From Candidatus Iainarchaeum sp. (GTDB lineage: Archaea > Iainarchaeota > Iainarchaeia > Iainarchaeales > VGJJ01): a stretch of 64,000 nt of DNA. Location: the NCBI GenBank assembly GCA_030688545.1, contig JAUYHT010000002.1:135891-199890 (forward strand), read 5' to 3'. The notes under the pieces are model-generated. The model had not been told where the DNA came from. It did not search any database and saw only the letters and a list, made by a program, of their open reading frames with translations. Shown here in pieces: positions 17,283 through 27,173 of the stretch; the stretch's first letter is position 1; every line of letters starts with the position of its first letter. Both the position numbers and the translations under genes were made by a program.

Positions 17283-18011
17283 ATGGCTCGGAGTATGAAG
17301 CGCATGGCCTCCGGGGTGCCGGGATTTGACGAGCTGGTGGAAGGGGGTTTTCCGGAAGGGGCATCGGTGCTCATCAGCGGTGGACCAGGGGCGGGAAAAA
17401 CCATTTTCGCGATGCAATACATCTATGAGGGGGCCCGCTCGTACAACGAACCCGGGTTGTATGTCACCCTCGAAACGGGTTTGAAGGACATCACCTGGAA
17501 CATGCAGAGCTTCCGGTGGGATATCAAATCCCTTCAAGACAAAAACATGATGAAGATTTACCGGCTTAATTTTTCCCCTACTAATTCCACGGAGGAGGTG
17601 GAGGACCAAATCTCAAAAGAATTGTCGATTATCACCAAGATGGTTGACTCCATCGACGCCAAACGCCTGGTGATTGATTCCACCACCGCCTTCGGGGTTT
17701 GGGTCAAAGACCATGGGGCTCTGCGCCACCTCCTCTTCGAATTCGTGAATGGCCTAAAGGATATTGGATGCACCACCCTCCTCACGAGCGAAGTAGCAGG
17801 AGAAGATCGGAACAAGTTTTCCGCTTTTGGGGTGGAAGAGTTTGTGGTTGATGGAGTGGTGGCCCTGTATTTCATCCCTCCTAACCGGAGCATTTTCGTG
17901 CGTAAACTCAGGGGAACGGACCATTCTAAAGCCGTTCATGCCTTCGACATTGAAGAAAACGGCATCGTCGTCAGGCCTAAGGATGAAATTCCCTGGGGCG
18001 GGTTGCGTTAA
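17283..18011 (+). CDS. KaiC-like RecA-superfamily ATPase (single KaiC/RadA-like domain).
   Basis: It has a Walker A motif (GGPGAGKT), a GVPGFDELVEGGFPEGASVLISG N-terminus and a KaiC-type Walker B region. The start was chosen at an internal Met. The ORF-track start at 17010 would overlap scpA. Confidence 0.8.
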   Translation: MARSMKRMASGVPGFDELVEGGFPEGASVLISGGPGAGKTIFAMQYIYEGARSYNEPGLYVTLETGLKDITWNMQSFRWDIKSLQDKNMMKIYRLNFSPTNSTEEVEDQISKELSIITKMVDSIDAKRLVIDSTTAFGVWVKDHGALRHLLFEFVNGLKDIGCTTLLTSEVAGEDRNKFSAFGVEEFVVDGVVALYFIPPNRSIFVRKLRGTDHSKAVHAFDIEENGIVVRPKDEIPWGGLR

Positions 18012-18082
18012 CACCCATCCAAAAGAAAGAATTTTATTCTCAAGAGGAGTTGGATGGGGCAGGGTTGTACTGGAGGAGTTGG

Positions 18083-18475
18083 ATGAATCGGGTTAAGGTT
18101 TGTGGGATTATAGGGTTGGGAATCGTCATCGGTTTGATTTTTATGGGAAGTCTTGTGGTCGCGCGCCAACCGGAAGGCGCCCCCCAACGGGTGTGGGTGA
18201 CGAACAAACACGACGGCCAGAGTTTTGCTATGTTTTTGCTGGCCACGGGAAGGGTATCCAGGTGCCACGATACGGATGGGGGGATCAACCCTATGATATT
18301 CGGCACACTCTATGCCACTAATTGGGAAGGAAGCGGGACGCGGCACCTCACGGAATACTGGACGTCCTCTCGAAGAATAAGGGAGTTCGCGTGCGGGAAA
18401 GATATATTTATCAATGGCATTCGGGGAGACCCCCACCTGGCCTATGCCTTCGATTTCTACCGTTTTCCCCACTAA
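18083..18475 (+). CDS. Secreted hypothetical protein, paralogue A (conserved C-terminal REFACG...GDP..AYAFD motif).
   Basis: It has a signal/TM segment (VCGIIGLGIVIGLIFMGSLVVA) and a C-terminus RIREFACGKDIFINGIRGDPHLAYAFDFY shared with the next gene. Confidence 0.5.
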   Translation: MNRVKVCGIIGLGIVIGLIFMGSLVVARQPEGAPQRVWVTNKHDGQSFAMFLLATGRVSRCHDTDGGINPMIFGTLYATNWEGSGTRHLTEYWTSSRRIREFACGKDIFINGIRGDPHLAYAFDFYRFPH

Positions 18476-18540
18476 ACCAGGGCCAGAACCCATAAAAACT
18501 CCAACATCCATCGAGGGACATTACCTCAGGAGGTTTCAGG

Positions 18541-18963
18541 ATGAAACGAAATATGATGATAGGAATAATTCTCCTTGCCCTGCTCGCATTTGGCGGGTTG
18601 GCCCTGGCGCGGGATCCCCAGACCATCCCACCCGGGTCGTGGGTGGAGAACCTGGACGATGGTTCAGGGTATTTTGCCGATGTGTTGATGGCAGCCAATG
18701 TTGATAATTGTGTCGATTCGGATGAGGGGATGAAGCCCCTTGAGATGGGAAGCATTGATGTCACCATGCCTGGGGCGAACCGAGCGCGACACTTAGGGGA
18801 ATATAATACTCCCACCGGGAAAATTCGCGAATTCGCCTGCGGAAGTGATATCCTGATTGATGGCCAACCGGGAGATCCCGGGAAAGCGTATGCATTTGAT
18901 TACACGCCCAGCCCCCCCATCCAGAAAGGGAATCAGACCGCATTCAATATCCAGACAATATAG
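18541..18963 (+). CDS. Secreted hypothetical protein, paralogue B.
   Basis: It has a signal peptide (MMIGIILLALLAFGGLALA) and a C-terminus KIREFACGSDILIDGQPGDPGKAYAFDYT. Confidence 0.55.
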   Translation: MKRNMMIGIILLALLAFGGLALARDPQTIPPGSWVENLDDGSGYFADVLMAANVDNCVDSDEGMKPLEMGSIDVTMPGANRARHLGEYNTPTGKIREFACGSDILIDGQPGDPGKAYAFDYTPSPPIQKGNQTAFNIQTI

Positions 18964-19098
18964 TGAAGAATGGGGGGCGCGGCCCCTCTCTTTATTTTCT
19001 TTTTTAACTTTGCCCTATGAGAAGAAACATTTCAGCATGGTCATTTTTATCATAATGACCCCTCGATCCAAACGCTGGTAATTCCACGATATTATAAT

Positions 19099-19734
19099 TC
19101 ACTTCACCATGTTCTCGATAAAGGGTTTCACCTGCGCCACCACATCCCGGTGAACGGATTCAATGGTTTGGTTGGCATTGATGAAGACAATATTTTCCTT
19201 GGGAAGCTTTTGGGGGAGCTGGGCGAATTCGTTCTTGACCCGTTCCAAGAAAGCGCGCTTCTCGAATTTGGCCAACGGCTTCCCGGCCTTCTCCATGCGG
19301 GAAACGCTCTCCTCCACGGGAATGTTGAATATCAGCACCAGATCGGGGATGGGAAAACCCTCATTCTCCTTGATGGCATGGGAAGAGAGAACCCCCTGCG
19401 CGGTTTGGTAGGCGATGGTGGCGTATTTGTACCGGTCGCAAATGATGAGAGCTCCTTGCTCCAGCATGGGGGCGATGATATGGTCGACATGATCCTCCCT
19501 ATCTAAGACAAATAGTTCGAGCATGCGCTCCTTTTGGGTCGACGAGTCATCCGCTGTCTTGAACAGGCGCTCGTGGATCTCTTTCCCAAATTTGGAACCA
19601 GTGTATTCCTTGGTTAATACAATGGTGAATACGGGCTTGTAATGGTTGAACACCCATTCAGCCAGCTTTCCCGCCTGCACCGTTTTTCCACTCCCATCAA
19701 TTCCATCCAGGACGATAAACAATCCCTTTCCCAT
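19099..19734 (-). CDS. tmk: Thymidylate kinase.
   Basis: It carries the GLFIVLDGIDGSGKT P-loop and a dTMP-kinase LID region. The start was taken at the internal MGKG Met (19734) rather than 19776, which would overlap adk by 37 nt. Confidence 0.85.
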   Translation of the reverse strand: MGKGLFIVLDGIDGSGKTVQAGKLAEWVFNHYKPVFTIVLTKEYTGSKFGKEIHERLFKTADDSSTQKERMLELFVLDREDHVDHIIAPMLEQGALIICDRYKYATIAYQTAQGVLSSHAIKENEGFPIPDLVLIFNIPVEESVSRMEKAGKPLAKFEKRAFLERVKNEFAQLPQKLPKENIVFINANQTIESVHRDVVAQVKPFIENMVK

Positions 19735-19739
19735 GCCAA

Positions 19740-20408
19740 CTACCTTCCTTTTTTCTTTTTTGGGCGAGTTCTCCAATTATCCAAGAGCCGCACAACCCGT
19801 TTAAATACGGTGGTAGGAGACCCTTTCCCATTGACTTCAAACACGGGATACCGCTCCGCGGCCCAATCGAGTAAGGGAAGGGTTTGCGTCCTATAAACGC
19901 GAAAGCGCTCACGGATGACAGCAGGTTTATCATCGTCGCGCCGAATAAGCTTCCCGCCATCCGCATCGCACACTCCTACTTTTTTAGATGGATTCTGTTT
20001 TCCATACACGCGACCGCACATGGCGCATTGACGTCTGTTCGCCAGGCGTGCTACTACTTCATTCGTGGAAACTTCAAGAAAAATAAAGGCATCGAAATCC
20101 ATTCCCAGAGGATTTAAACGGGTTCGGGCTCCCTTTCCCTGGGCGAGGTTCCGGGGAAACCCGTCGAAAAGGACGTTTTTTCCTTCCAATCGGGATAGGT
20201 TTTCCTGGAGAACATGATACGTGATGGCATCGGAGGCGAGATGACCTTTCGATAACAAGGTATCGATGCGCGCCGCGAATTTTCCTTTTCGCGCGGCATG
20301 ATCACGCAAAGCTTGACCCGTGGAAAAGTGAACCCATCCTTTCTTGGTGAGCAACTGCGCAATCGTTCCTTTTCCCGAGCCGGGGGGGCCCATTAAGACG
20401 AGGTTCAT
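19740..20408 (-). CDS. adk: Adenylate kinase (long, bacterial type with a Zn-binding LID).
   Basis: It has an MNLVLMGPPGSGKGT P-loop and a LID with CAMCGRVY...CDADGG Cys pairs. Confidence 0.9.
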   Translation of the reverse strand: MNLVLMGPPGSGKGTIAQLLTKKGWVHFSTGQALRDHAARKGKFAARIDTLLSKGHLASDAITYHVLQENLSRLEGKNVLFDGFPRNLAQGKGARTRLNPLGMDFDAFIFLEVSTNEVVARLANRRQCAMCGRVYGKQNPSKKVGVCDADGGKLIRRDDDKPAVIRERFRVYRTQTLPLLDWAAERYPVFEVNGKGSPTTVFKRVVRLLDNWRTRPKKKKGR

Positions 20409-21496
20409 GCCACTGCCCTCACCCGGTTTTTTTTAGGGGGTTGACGAATGGGCTTATTGGTTTTGGTGATACGTTTTCGAATGAATGACACCGAATGAAT
20501 TTTTCGACGAGCGGATTTTGTTTGACCCACCTTGATTCCCACGCACACCTGTTGCACACTGGGAGAGAAATCGCTGACCTTCCGGAAGAAGGATATGCGC
20601 CAGGAACGAGTGGAATTGGAAAGAGATTCTGTAATGGCCGTGCGCAAAGAAATCTCTCCTCCATCCTTGGGCATGAACGCATACAAATGAATTAACCCCC
20701 CCTTGGGGGAAACCCATTCCACGGCCCGCGCGAGATAGGTGATGGCCGTCTCAGGGGCGGGCATGATCACGTGATCAAATTCAGGGATTGGGGAAATCTT
20801 GGAAATATCGCCCTGAAGAGGAACGATAATATTTTCCACTTTATTGCGCCTGATATTTTCATTCAGGAAAGGAATTGCTTGAGGATTCCATTCGATGGCC
20901 ATAACACGAATGGGATGGGCATGTTTGGCAATGGTTATAGCAAAAGGCCCTACGCCCGCGAAGAACACGCATACCTGTTGGCCTTTTTTTATGTCAGCGG
21001 CCACCCGTTGGCGCTCGGTGCCCAAGCGGGGATTGAAAAAGGCTTCCCCCACTTCCACTGCGAACACGCACCCCCATTCCTTATGAAGCGTGCGCGTCCC
21101 TTTTTGGCCGGCGAGCCAACGCACGTTTTCCAAACGGAATTTCCCCCCATGCTGACCCACTTTTTCATAGACGCGCGTCAGTCTTGGGTTGGCATCTAGC
21201 AGGGCATGGGCGATTTTTTTCTTTTTCTTCTGGAGGGGTTGGGGAATCTCGATCAGGGCTAAATCCCCGACCATATCAAAGGCATAGACGGCGTGACGCT
21301 TCTCGGCCGGGGTAAGGAGGGCATCCAAACGCTTCCGGAAGGGGGTTACTGGTTCCATCCCCAAAAATTGGGAATAGAACTTAAAAGAACCAAGGGTGAA
21401 AGGATGCGTGATGGCCTTCCCAAATGACTTCATCCAGGAATTCTTTATCCGGCCCATCGTGGACTCAAGTGTGCCGGGATATAACCCGGTGAACAC
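20405..21496 (-). CDS. trm5: tRNA (guanine37-N1)-methyltransferase Trm5 / Met-10+-like class I SAM-dependent methyltransferase (could be Taw2).
   Basis: It has the Met-10+ fold motifs VFAVEVGEAFFNP, VCVFFAGVGPFAI and NII...D. Its stop overlaps the adk start by 4 nt. Confidence 0.7.
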   Translation of the reverse strand: MFTGLYPGTLESTMGRIKNSWMKSFGKAITHPFTLGSFKFYSQFLGMEPVTPFRKRLDALLTPAEKRHAVYAFDMVGDLALIEIPQPLQKKKKKIAHALLDANPRLTRVYEKVGQHGGKFRLENVRWLAGQKGTRTLHKEWGCVFAVEVGEAFFNPRLGTERQRVAADIKKGQQVCVFFAGVGPFAITIAKHAHPIRVMAIEWNPQAIPFLNENIRRNKVENIIVPLQGDISKISPIPEFDHVIMPAPETAITYLARAVEWVSPKGGLIHLYAFMPKDGGEISLRTAITESLSNSTRSWRISFFRKVSDFSPSVQQVCVGIKVGQTKSARRKIHSVSFIRKRITKTNKPIRQPPKKNRVRAVA

Positions 21497-22265
21497 CCTC
21501 GTGTACGGGTTGATCCTCCTGGGGGTCGCCTTCTATGTCATCTATCCCTATCTCACCAAGCGAGGAGTGGTGTTTAATTGGGATTTCATGCGGATGCTGA
21601 TTCCCTATATCCTTTTTGGGATTTCTTTGCGCGTGCTGGAGGACCAGGATATTATCCAGCGGTCGGTGAATCCCCTTGACGCGGGGTTCTATGTATTTAC
21701 TCCCGGCATTTGGATACTTACCTTTGTATTGGTTGTACTGGGAATGGGTTTGGGGAAATTACTGTCTACCCCCCTCCACCGGAACGCCACAACCATTACT
21801 TTCGCCTTTGGCTTACTGGTGGCATTGCCGGTGTTCCTATTCAATCTGATGCGGGGAATGGAATGGGGAGCTTTCTTAGGCATCCTCGCGCTCGTCGCCA
21901 TCGTGAGCGGGATCCTATTCTACATGGCCAAACGGCTAAAATGGGAATTTTTGGATGATAACCTCGCCAAGCTCGCCGTGAGCGGGCAGATTTTGGACGC
22001 CGGAGCCACATTCGTGGCATTAGAATTCTTCCAGTGCGCGGAACAGCACGTGCTCCCCCGCCTCCTGTTTGGGGCATTCGGAAATATTTCCTTCTTCTTC
22101 ATCAAGATACCCCTCATCCTTTTCATCGTGTACTTCCTCCATAAAGAATTCACCAAGGACAACGACCCCAACATGCGGGGATACGTCCTCATCTTCCTCG
22201 CCATCTTAGGTTTAGCCACGGGGGGAAGGAATCTCCTGACCATCCTCGCAGGGACGTGTAGCTGA
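21396..22265 (+). CDS. Archaeal integral membrane protein (DUF63-like).
   Basis: It has about 7 TM helices. Its size and hydrophobic pattern resemble archaeal DUF63. The family assignment is tentative. Confidence 0.4.
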   Translation: MKGCVMAFPNDFIQEFFIRPIVDSSVPGYNPVNTLVYGLILLGVAFYVIYPYLTKRGVVFNWDFMRMLIPYILFGISLRVLEDQDIIQRSVNPLDAGFYVFTPGIWILTFVLVVLGMGLGKLLSTPLHRNATTITFAFGLLVALPVFLFNLMRGMEWGAFLGILALVAIVSGILFYMAKRLKWEFLDDNLAKLAVSGQILDAGATFVALEFFQCAEQHVLPRLLFGAFGNISFFFIKIPLILFIVYFLHKEFTKDNDPNMRGYVLIFLAILGLATGGRNLLTILAGTCS

Positions 22266-22319
22266 CACCCCATTTTTTAGCCCATAGGCCTTAAATGCCC
22301 CTCCCGACTTTCCTGGTTC

Positions 22320-23081
22320 ATGTTCTCCCTCATTGGATTGGGATTAAATCCACGGCAACTGACGCTGGAAGCCCTGCATGCCATCCAAGCGAGCGATTCG
22401 GCGTGGGTGGAGGGATATACATCCATGTATGCGGAAGGGAACCTGGAGGGGTTGGAAGGAATCGTGCATCGTAAATTATCCCCCATTGGGAGGAGTGACA
22501 TAGAGGAAGGGATGAAAGGGTTTCTCTCGCGCGCCCAGCAAAACCACATCGCCCTCCTGGTTTATGGGAATCCCCTCACGGCCACGACGCACATAAGTCT
22601 TATCCAGGAATGCGTCAGACAGCGCATTCCCTATCAAGTCATTCCGGGGGTGTCGGTGTTCGATTATCGCGGGGTATGTGGATTGGACGAATACAAATTC
22701 GGGCGCACAACAACTTTCGTTTTCCCCGAGGAGGGGCATGAGCCTTTATCCCCATTTGACATCATCGTGAAAAACAAGTCCATGGGATTGCACACCCATT
22801 GCTTATTCGATCTGCACCCTGAGAAACAGCGAATGATGCGCGTGGACGAAGCCATTTCTTTCATCCTGAAAGCGGGAGAGGCCCGCCGGGTCGTTGTGCA
22901 CGAATGGGTGGGGGTAGGGTTAGGGGGGATGGGTTCACCAAATCCTGAGATTCGTGCCGCTAGGTTGGGGGAACTGCAGAAACAGAATTGGGAGAAATTC
23001 CCCCAATCCCTCATCGTGTGCGGGGACATGAATGCGCATGAAAGAGACGCGCTGCGCGCCCTCGGGGGGTGGGGAGGATGA
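22320..23081 (+). CDS. dph5: Diphthine synthase (EF-2 diphthamide biosynthesis methyltransferase).
   Basis: It belongs to the tetrapyrrole-methylase superfamily, with the start MFSLIGLGLNPRQLTLEALHAI and LVYGNPLTATTH. The family occurs only in archaea and eukaryotes. Confidence 0.85.
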   Translation: MFSLIGLGLNPRQLTLEALHAIQASDSAWVEGYTSMYAEGNLEGLEGIVHRKLSPIGRSDIEEGMKGFLSRAQQNHIALLVYGNPLTATTHISLIQECVRQRIPYQVIPGVSVFDYRGVCGLDEYKFGRTTTFVFPEEGHEPLSPFDIIVKNKSMGLHTHCLFDLHPEKQRMMRVDEAISFILKAGEARRVVVHEWVGVGLGGMGSPNPEIRAARLGELQKQNWEKFPQSLIVCGDMNAHERDALRALGGWGG

Positions 23082-23410
23082 ATGAAAATGAGCAGGAAAA
23101 ATGGCGGCTCGAGAATGAGAAACTGAGGGGGGATTTGGAGATACGAGTGGAGAAATATAAGAACACCACTCAATCGGCATTGCAAAAAGTGAGCCTCATC
23201 CCCAAAAAGGATACGAAAGAATATACCATTGCCATGGATTTTCTGACCATGGCCAACCACTACTTCAACGACGGCCTCCATTTCCAGACGCAGGGGGATC
23301 TGCTCCTGGCCCTGGCCTCTTTCTCATACGCTCACGCCTGGCTGGACGCGGGGGTGCGGGCGGGCATCATGGATGGGAAGGACGACGACAAGCTGTTCAC
23401 CCTCCCCTAA
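23069..23410 (+). CDS. Small helical hypothetical protein (DUF357-like).
   Basis: The 113-aa protein has FSYAHAWLDAGVRAG, recalled as resembling the archaeal DUF357 family. It overlaps the dph5 stop. Confidence 0.35.
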   Translation: MGRMNENEQEKWRLENEKLRGDLEIRVEKYKNTTQSALQKVSLIPKKDTKEYTIAMDFLTMANHYFNDGLHFQTQGDLLLALASFSYAHAWLDAGVRAGIMDGKDDDKLFTLP

Positions 23411-23446
23411 GCAAGCCTAAAAAAGGAGAACGGGGGGAATGGAAGG

Positions 23447-23914
23447 ATGAAGCTCTACCAGAAACAACTCCCGGGATGGGAAATCGTATCGGCTTTGAAG
23501 GATGGGAAATGGATTCCTTTGGCGTTGGGAATTGTGCTTTTGGTGCTGATCGGGGCGCTCCTTCTGGATGGGGCCACCCAACCCATCGCGCTATCATTCT
23601 CCAAGAATCCAGTATCGTTATCCCAAAACGAATCAACGGTGTTGGAGGTGACCATTTCTAATCCCACGGGCCAACCGACGTATGGGTTGGTTATCCGTCC
23701 CACGGTCATCGACCAGGAGCAGGTGAGCATCTCCCCCGAACAACAAACCATTTCCTCATTAGGAGCGCAGGAAAAAAGAAAATTGCAGTTCCTCGTGCTC
23801 CCCCTCAACCCCACGTCCCATCCCTTCCTGCCCGGGAGCTACCGCATTGAGGTAAGTGTGGGAATGAATGAGCAATCTTATTCGCAGGCCATATTCTTGA
23901 ATGTGGAGAAATGA
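23447..23914 (+). CDS. Hypothetical membrane-anchored/secreted protein.
   Basis: It has an N-terminal TM segment (WIPLALGIVLLVLIGALLL) and a β-rich ectodomain. No family was recognised. Confidence 0.4.
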   Translation: MKLYQKQLPGWEIVSALKDGKWIPLALGIVLLVLIGALLLDGATQPIALSFSKNPVSLSQNESTVLEVTISNPTGQPTYGLVIRPTVIDQEQVSISPEQQTISSLGAQEKRKLQFLVLPLNPTSHPFLPGSYRIEVSVGMNEQSYSQAIFLNVEK

Positions 23915-23959
23915 CACATCTGATACTCAAATAGGATGCATCTCCACCCAACTTTTTTG

Positions 23960-25123
23960 TTAGGTCTGAGCGGCCGACGCGGCATGGGCGCGGAGGAAGG
24001 CTTTCACTCGCTCCATGAAGATCGCCTCATCCTCAGCCCGAATGATGCCTCCGGCCGCGGGAACATGACCCCCGCCATTGGCCTCAGGCAAACCCCGGGT
24101 CGCGGTTTCCAAGAGCACATTGATGGGAACCTTGAAGTCCTGCCGCCGACCAGAGATAAGAATCTTATCCTTAAATTCCTCGAGGAGAAGGATGGTTTGG
24201 TTGGGCATCTTCTGAGACAATTTATTGATGAGGATGCTCTTGATGTTGTGCCTGGGTTTGACCTTGCCAATATGGAGCTCGAGCTCGGGGAAATATTCCA
24301 TCTCATTGGGAAGGCGCTCCAACCAGAAGTTCATCTCTTCCTCCATGATGGCCACCAAAGACATGAAACCGGAATCCAGCATGACCTTGGGAGAATTGGC
24401 TTCGATAAGGAGATCAAGCACCTCGGGTAATTGTCGGGAAGACAGGGCGCCCGTGGCATAAATCATCCCCGAAAGTCGGCCAAAGGCATTCTCAAAAGGA
24501 ACATCCATGACTGGGTAATTTCCTCTCATCAAAGAGGCGTCAACGAAATCTTTCCAGCGAGGATACGCAGCATCGGAAACAATGCCAATGCACGCGATCC
24601 AATCCGAATCCGTCACATCCATGAAGTGGGAAAACAACGTGTACGCGAACATCGCGGTGGGAAAAGAACTACTTTCGGTCTCCCAGATGATGTCGGGTTT
24701 GGCGATGATCACTCCCTGCATTTGGAGAGGGGTTACGACGCGGTGGTGGTCGATGATCAATGTCTCGCAAGCCTCCCCCAAGCGGAGAAGGAATGGGACC
24801 CCCATCTGGTCTACGCTCTTGTCGAGGGTAATGAGCTTAGTCACTCCCAGTTTTTTCAATTGCTCAGGCAGATCATCCGCCACATACCCGCGAGAAAAAG
24901 GAAAAGGATGAATGTACTCGGGGCGTTTGCCCCGCCACTTCTTAAGCGCCCGCACCGTCACCGCGGCGGCGGAAATGCCATCCCCATCGGGGTCATAAAT
25001 AATCGCTACCCGGTCTTCGACTGAAATCTCTTGAAGGAATGAAAGGGCCGCGTCCAGGTTGGATTGATCCTTGATAGGTAGTTTTGCAATCCATTCAGGT
25101 GAAGAAAGAGGCATCAAAACCAT
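23960..25123 (-). CDS. DHH/DHHA1 phosphoesterase (archaeal RecJ-like / NrnA-like nuclease).
   Basis: It carries DHH motifs (DPDGDGISAAAV, IIDHH) and the DHHA1 motif GGGHVPAAGG. Confidence 0.8.
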   Translation of the reverse strand: MVLMPLSSPEWIAKLPIKDQSNLDAALSFLQEISVEDRVAIIYDPDGDGISAAAVTVRALKKWRGKRPEYIHPFPFSRGYVADDLPEQLKKLGVTKLITLDKSVDQMGVPFLLRLGEACETLIIDHHRVVTPLQMQGVIIAKPDIIWETESSSFPTAMFAYTLFSHFMDVTDSDWIACIGIVSDAAYPRWKDFVDASLMRGNYPVMDVPFENAFGRLSGMIYATGALSSRQLPEVLDLLIEANSPKVMLDSGFMSLVAIMEEEMNFWLERLPNEMEYFPELELHIGKVKPRHNIKSILINKLSQKMPNQTILLLEEFKDKILISGRRQDFKVPINVLLETATRGLPEANGGGHVPAAGGIIRAEDEAIFMERVKAFLRAHAASAAQT

Positions 25124-25166
25124 TCAAACATAAAATCCTTTTAAGGACACTTATTTTAGTTGAGGA

Positions 25167-26222
25167 ATGCGCCCCCTCCCTCCCGAATGGTTTACCCAAA
25201 ATCGGGTGGACACTGTACTTATCCGCACCAGCGAGGCGATCCAAGACCCCCTGCTCACCGGGTTTACAAATCTCTATCCCACAGATTTCACTTTCTTTTT
25301 CATCCAATCCCCCCAACGAAAACATTTTATCTGCGGCCACATGGAGAAAGGGGCCGTCAAAAAGAATTACCGGGGACCCCTCACGGTGATACAGAAAAAG
25401 TCTGATTGGGTCCGCGCGCTTAAACCATTCATGAGAGGGAAGAGAGTAGGAATCAACCTGCCCTATTTAACGGCGGCCCAGCTGGCCAATCTCAAAAAGG
25501 AATTTCCGCGCACGCGATTCACGGATGTGAGTGGGGCGCTGGAGGAGACGCGGAAAATAAAGGAAAAGGATGAACAGAAAAAGCTGATGGAGGGCGCGCG
25601 CATCACTCAAGAGGTGTTGCATGGCATGCATCATGTGGTAAAAACCGGGATGAAAGAAATAGAACTCGCTGCCGAAATTGACCACCAATTCCACAAGAAT
25701 GGGTGCACCAATTCCTTTTCCACCATCGTGGCGTTCGGGAAGAATTCAAGGAACATCCACCATTATAATTCGAGCGCCAAATTGAGAAAAGGAGATGTAA
25801 TCCTGATGGACGCGGGAGCGCGATATCAGGGGTATTGCGCGGACCTCTCGCGCACATTCGTTTTTGGGAACGCCACTTCCGAGCAAGAAAAATGGTATGC
25901 ATTATGCCATCGCGCGCTCCAGGAAGGAATGCGAGCCATTTTCCCTGGCGAAAAAGGGAAAAAAGCGTTCGCGATCGCGGAAAAAACATTGGGGAAAAAA
26001 ATCCCGCATGCCTTGGGCCATGGTATCGGATTGGAGACCCATGATGTGCCCAGTGGGATTGGTCCCTCTGCAGAATGGGCATTCGAAAAGGATATGTGCT
26101 TGGCGGTGGAACCAGGATATTATGGAAAAACATTCGGGATCCGCATCGAGGAGAATGGGATGGTCACGCGCGAGGGATTCAAACCCTGGAGCAAGGCCCC
26201 TAAGCGGCTGGTGGTATGGTGA
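25167..26222 (+). CDS. pepP: Xaa-Pro aminopeptidase / M24B metallopeptidase.
   Basis: It has the M24 metal ligands (DAGARYQGYCADLSRTF, HGIGLETHD, E...E) and an N-terminal creatinase-like domain. Confidence 0.85.
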   Translation: MRPLPPEWFTQNRVDTVLIRTSEAIQDPLLTGFTNLYPTDFTFFFIQSPQRKHFICGHMEKGAVKKNYRGPLTVIQKKSDWVRALKPFMRGKRVGINLPYLTAAQLANLKKEFPRTRFTDVSGALEETRKIKEKDEQKKLMEGARITQEVLHGMHHVVKTGMKEIELAAEIDHQFHKNGCTNSFSTIVAFGKNSRNIHHYNSSAKLRKGDVILMDAGARYQGYCADLSRTFVFGNATSEQEKWYALCHRALQEGMRAIFPGEKGKKAFAIAEKTLGKKIPHALGHGIGLETHDVPSGIGPSAEWAFEKDMCLAVEPGYYGKTFGIRIEENGMVTREGFKPWSKAPKRLVVW

Positions 26223-26280
26223 AAAGGGGATATTTGAAAAAAAAAGAATCTTCTTGAGCGTATTGCCCCTCCTGGCTTGA

Positions 26281-27102
26281 GTGGAATATACGCTTAAAAC
26301 ACAGGGCGCCGTAATGAGAAGGATGAACCTGGAAGCGGCCAAGAGACGGTTGGATAATGCACTCGCGCGGAAAGACCTCGTCATGCTCGTGGGAGAATGC
26401 AAGGTAAAATACCAGGGGCGGGCGGCCAGCAACCTGGCTTATGGGAGTAGGTTGTTGCTCATCAAGGGGGATGGGAGTTTTGCCATTCACCAAAACAGGT
26501 TGTTGCGTCCCACCAACTATTTGATGTCCTCTCATTGGTCAACTTCCCTGGAAGAAGGAAGATTAATCGTATCGGCCACGAAACGGAATCCCAAGGAGAC
26601 CCTCATCGTCTCCCTGAAAGATGTGGAGATGCTCCAAGTGCACACCATGGAGGACCGGGATGACGATTTCAAGCTTGTGGGGACAGAGAAAGAGCTGAAT
26701 GACCAGCTCATGGGGAGCTTGGATGTCCTGGAAAAAGGATTGCGCCCGCTCAAGCAGGAGAGCGTACTAAGGAAGGGGTTGGTGGATATCATGGCGGAGG
26801 ATACGAATGGAAATCTCTGCGTCATTGAACTGAAACGACGGCAGGCGGACTACAATTCCGTGATGCAATTACAACGATATGTGCACGAGGTGCGCAAGCA
26901 GAAGAATGCCAAGGTCCGTGGTCTCCTCGTGGCCCCCACCATCGGACGGCAAGCCCTGGAACTCCTGAAAGGGTATGGATTGGAATACTTCTCATACACA
27001 TTTGATGTTACTCAACCCCGGGTAACCATTGATGGTATCGACACCAAACAACGCACCATATTCCAGGCGCTCGGGAATAATGGGGCTACTAAAAAAATAT
27101 AA
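26281..27102 (+). CDS. nucS: Endonuclease NucS (EndoMS, mismatch-specific endonuclease).
   Basis: The 273-aa protein has an N-terminal dimerisation/ssDNA domain and a C-terminal RecB-like nuclease with DIMAED...CVIELKRRQADYNSVMQLQRY. Confidence 0.85.
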   Translation: MEYTLKTQGAVMRRMNLEAAKRRLDNALARKDLVMLVGECKVKYQGRAASNLAYGSRLLLIKGDGSFAIHQNRLLRPTNYLMSSHWSTSLEEGRLIVSATKRNPKETLIVSLKDVEMLQVHTMEDRDDDFKLVGTEKELNDQLMGSLDVLEKGLRPLKQESVLRKGLVDIMAEDTNGNLCVIELKRRQADYNSVMQLQRYVHEVRKQKNAKVRGLLVAPTIGRQALELLKGYGLEYFSYTFDVTQPRVTIDGIDTKQRTIFQALGNNGATKKI

Positions 27103-27173
27103 TCGACCGACGAGGAGAAAAATAGGATAACAAGGGAAATATTGATTTGGTTTAACACTTCCATTAAATTATT

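Noticed and set aside
23936-25024. Plus-strand ORFs of 164 and 197 aa.
   Set aside because: They are antisense to the DHH/DHHA1 phosphoesterase gene, which has clear catalytic motifs.
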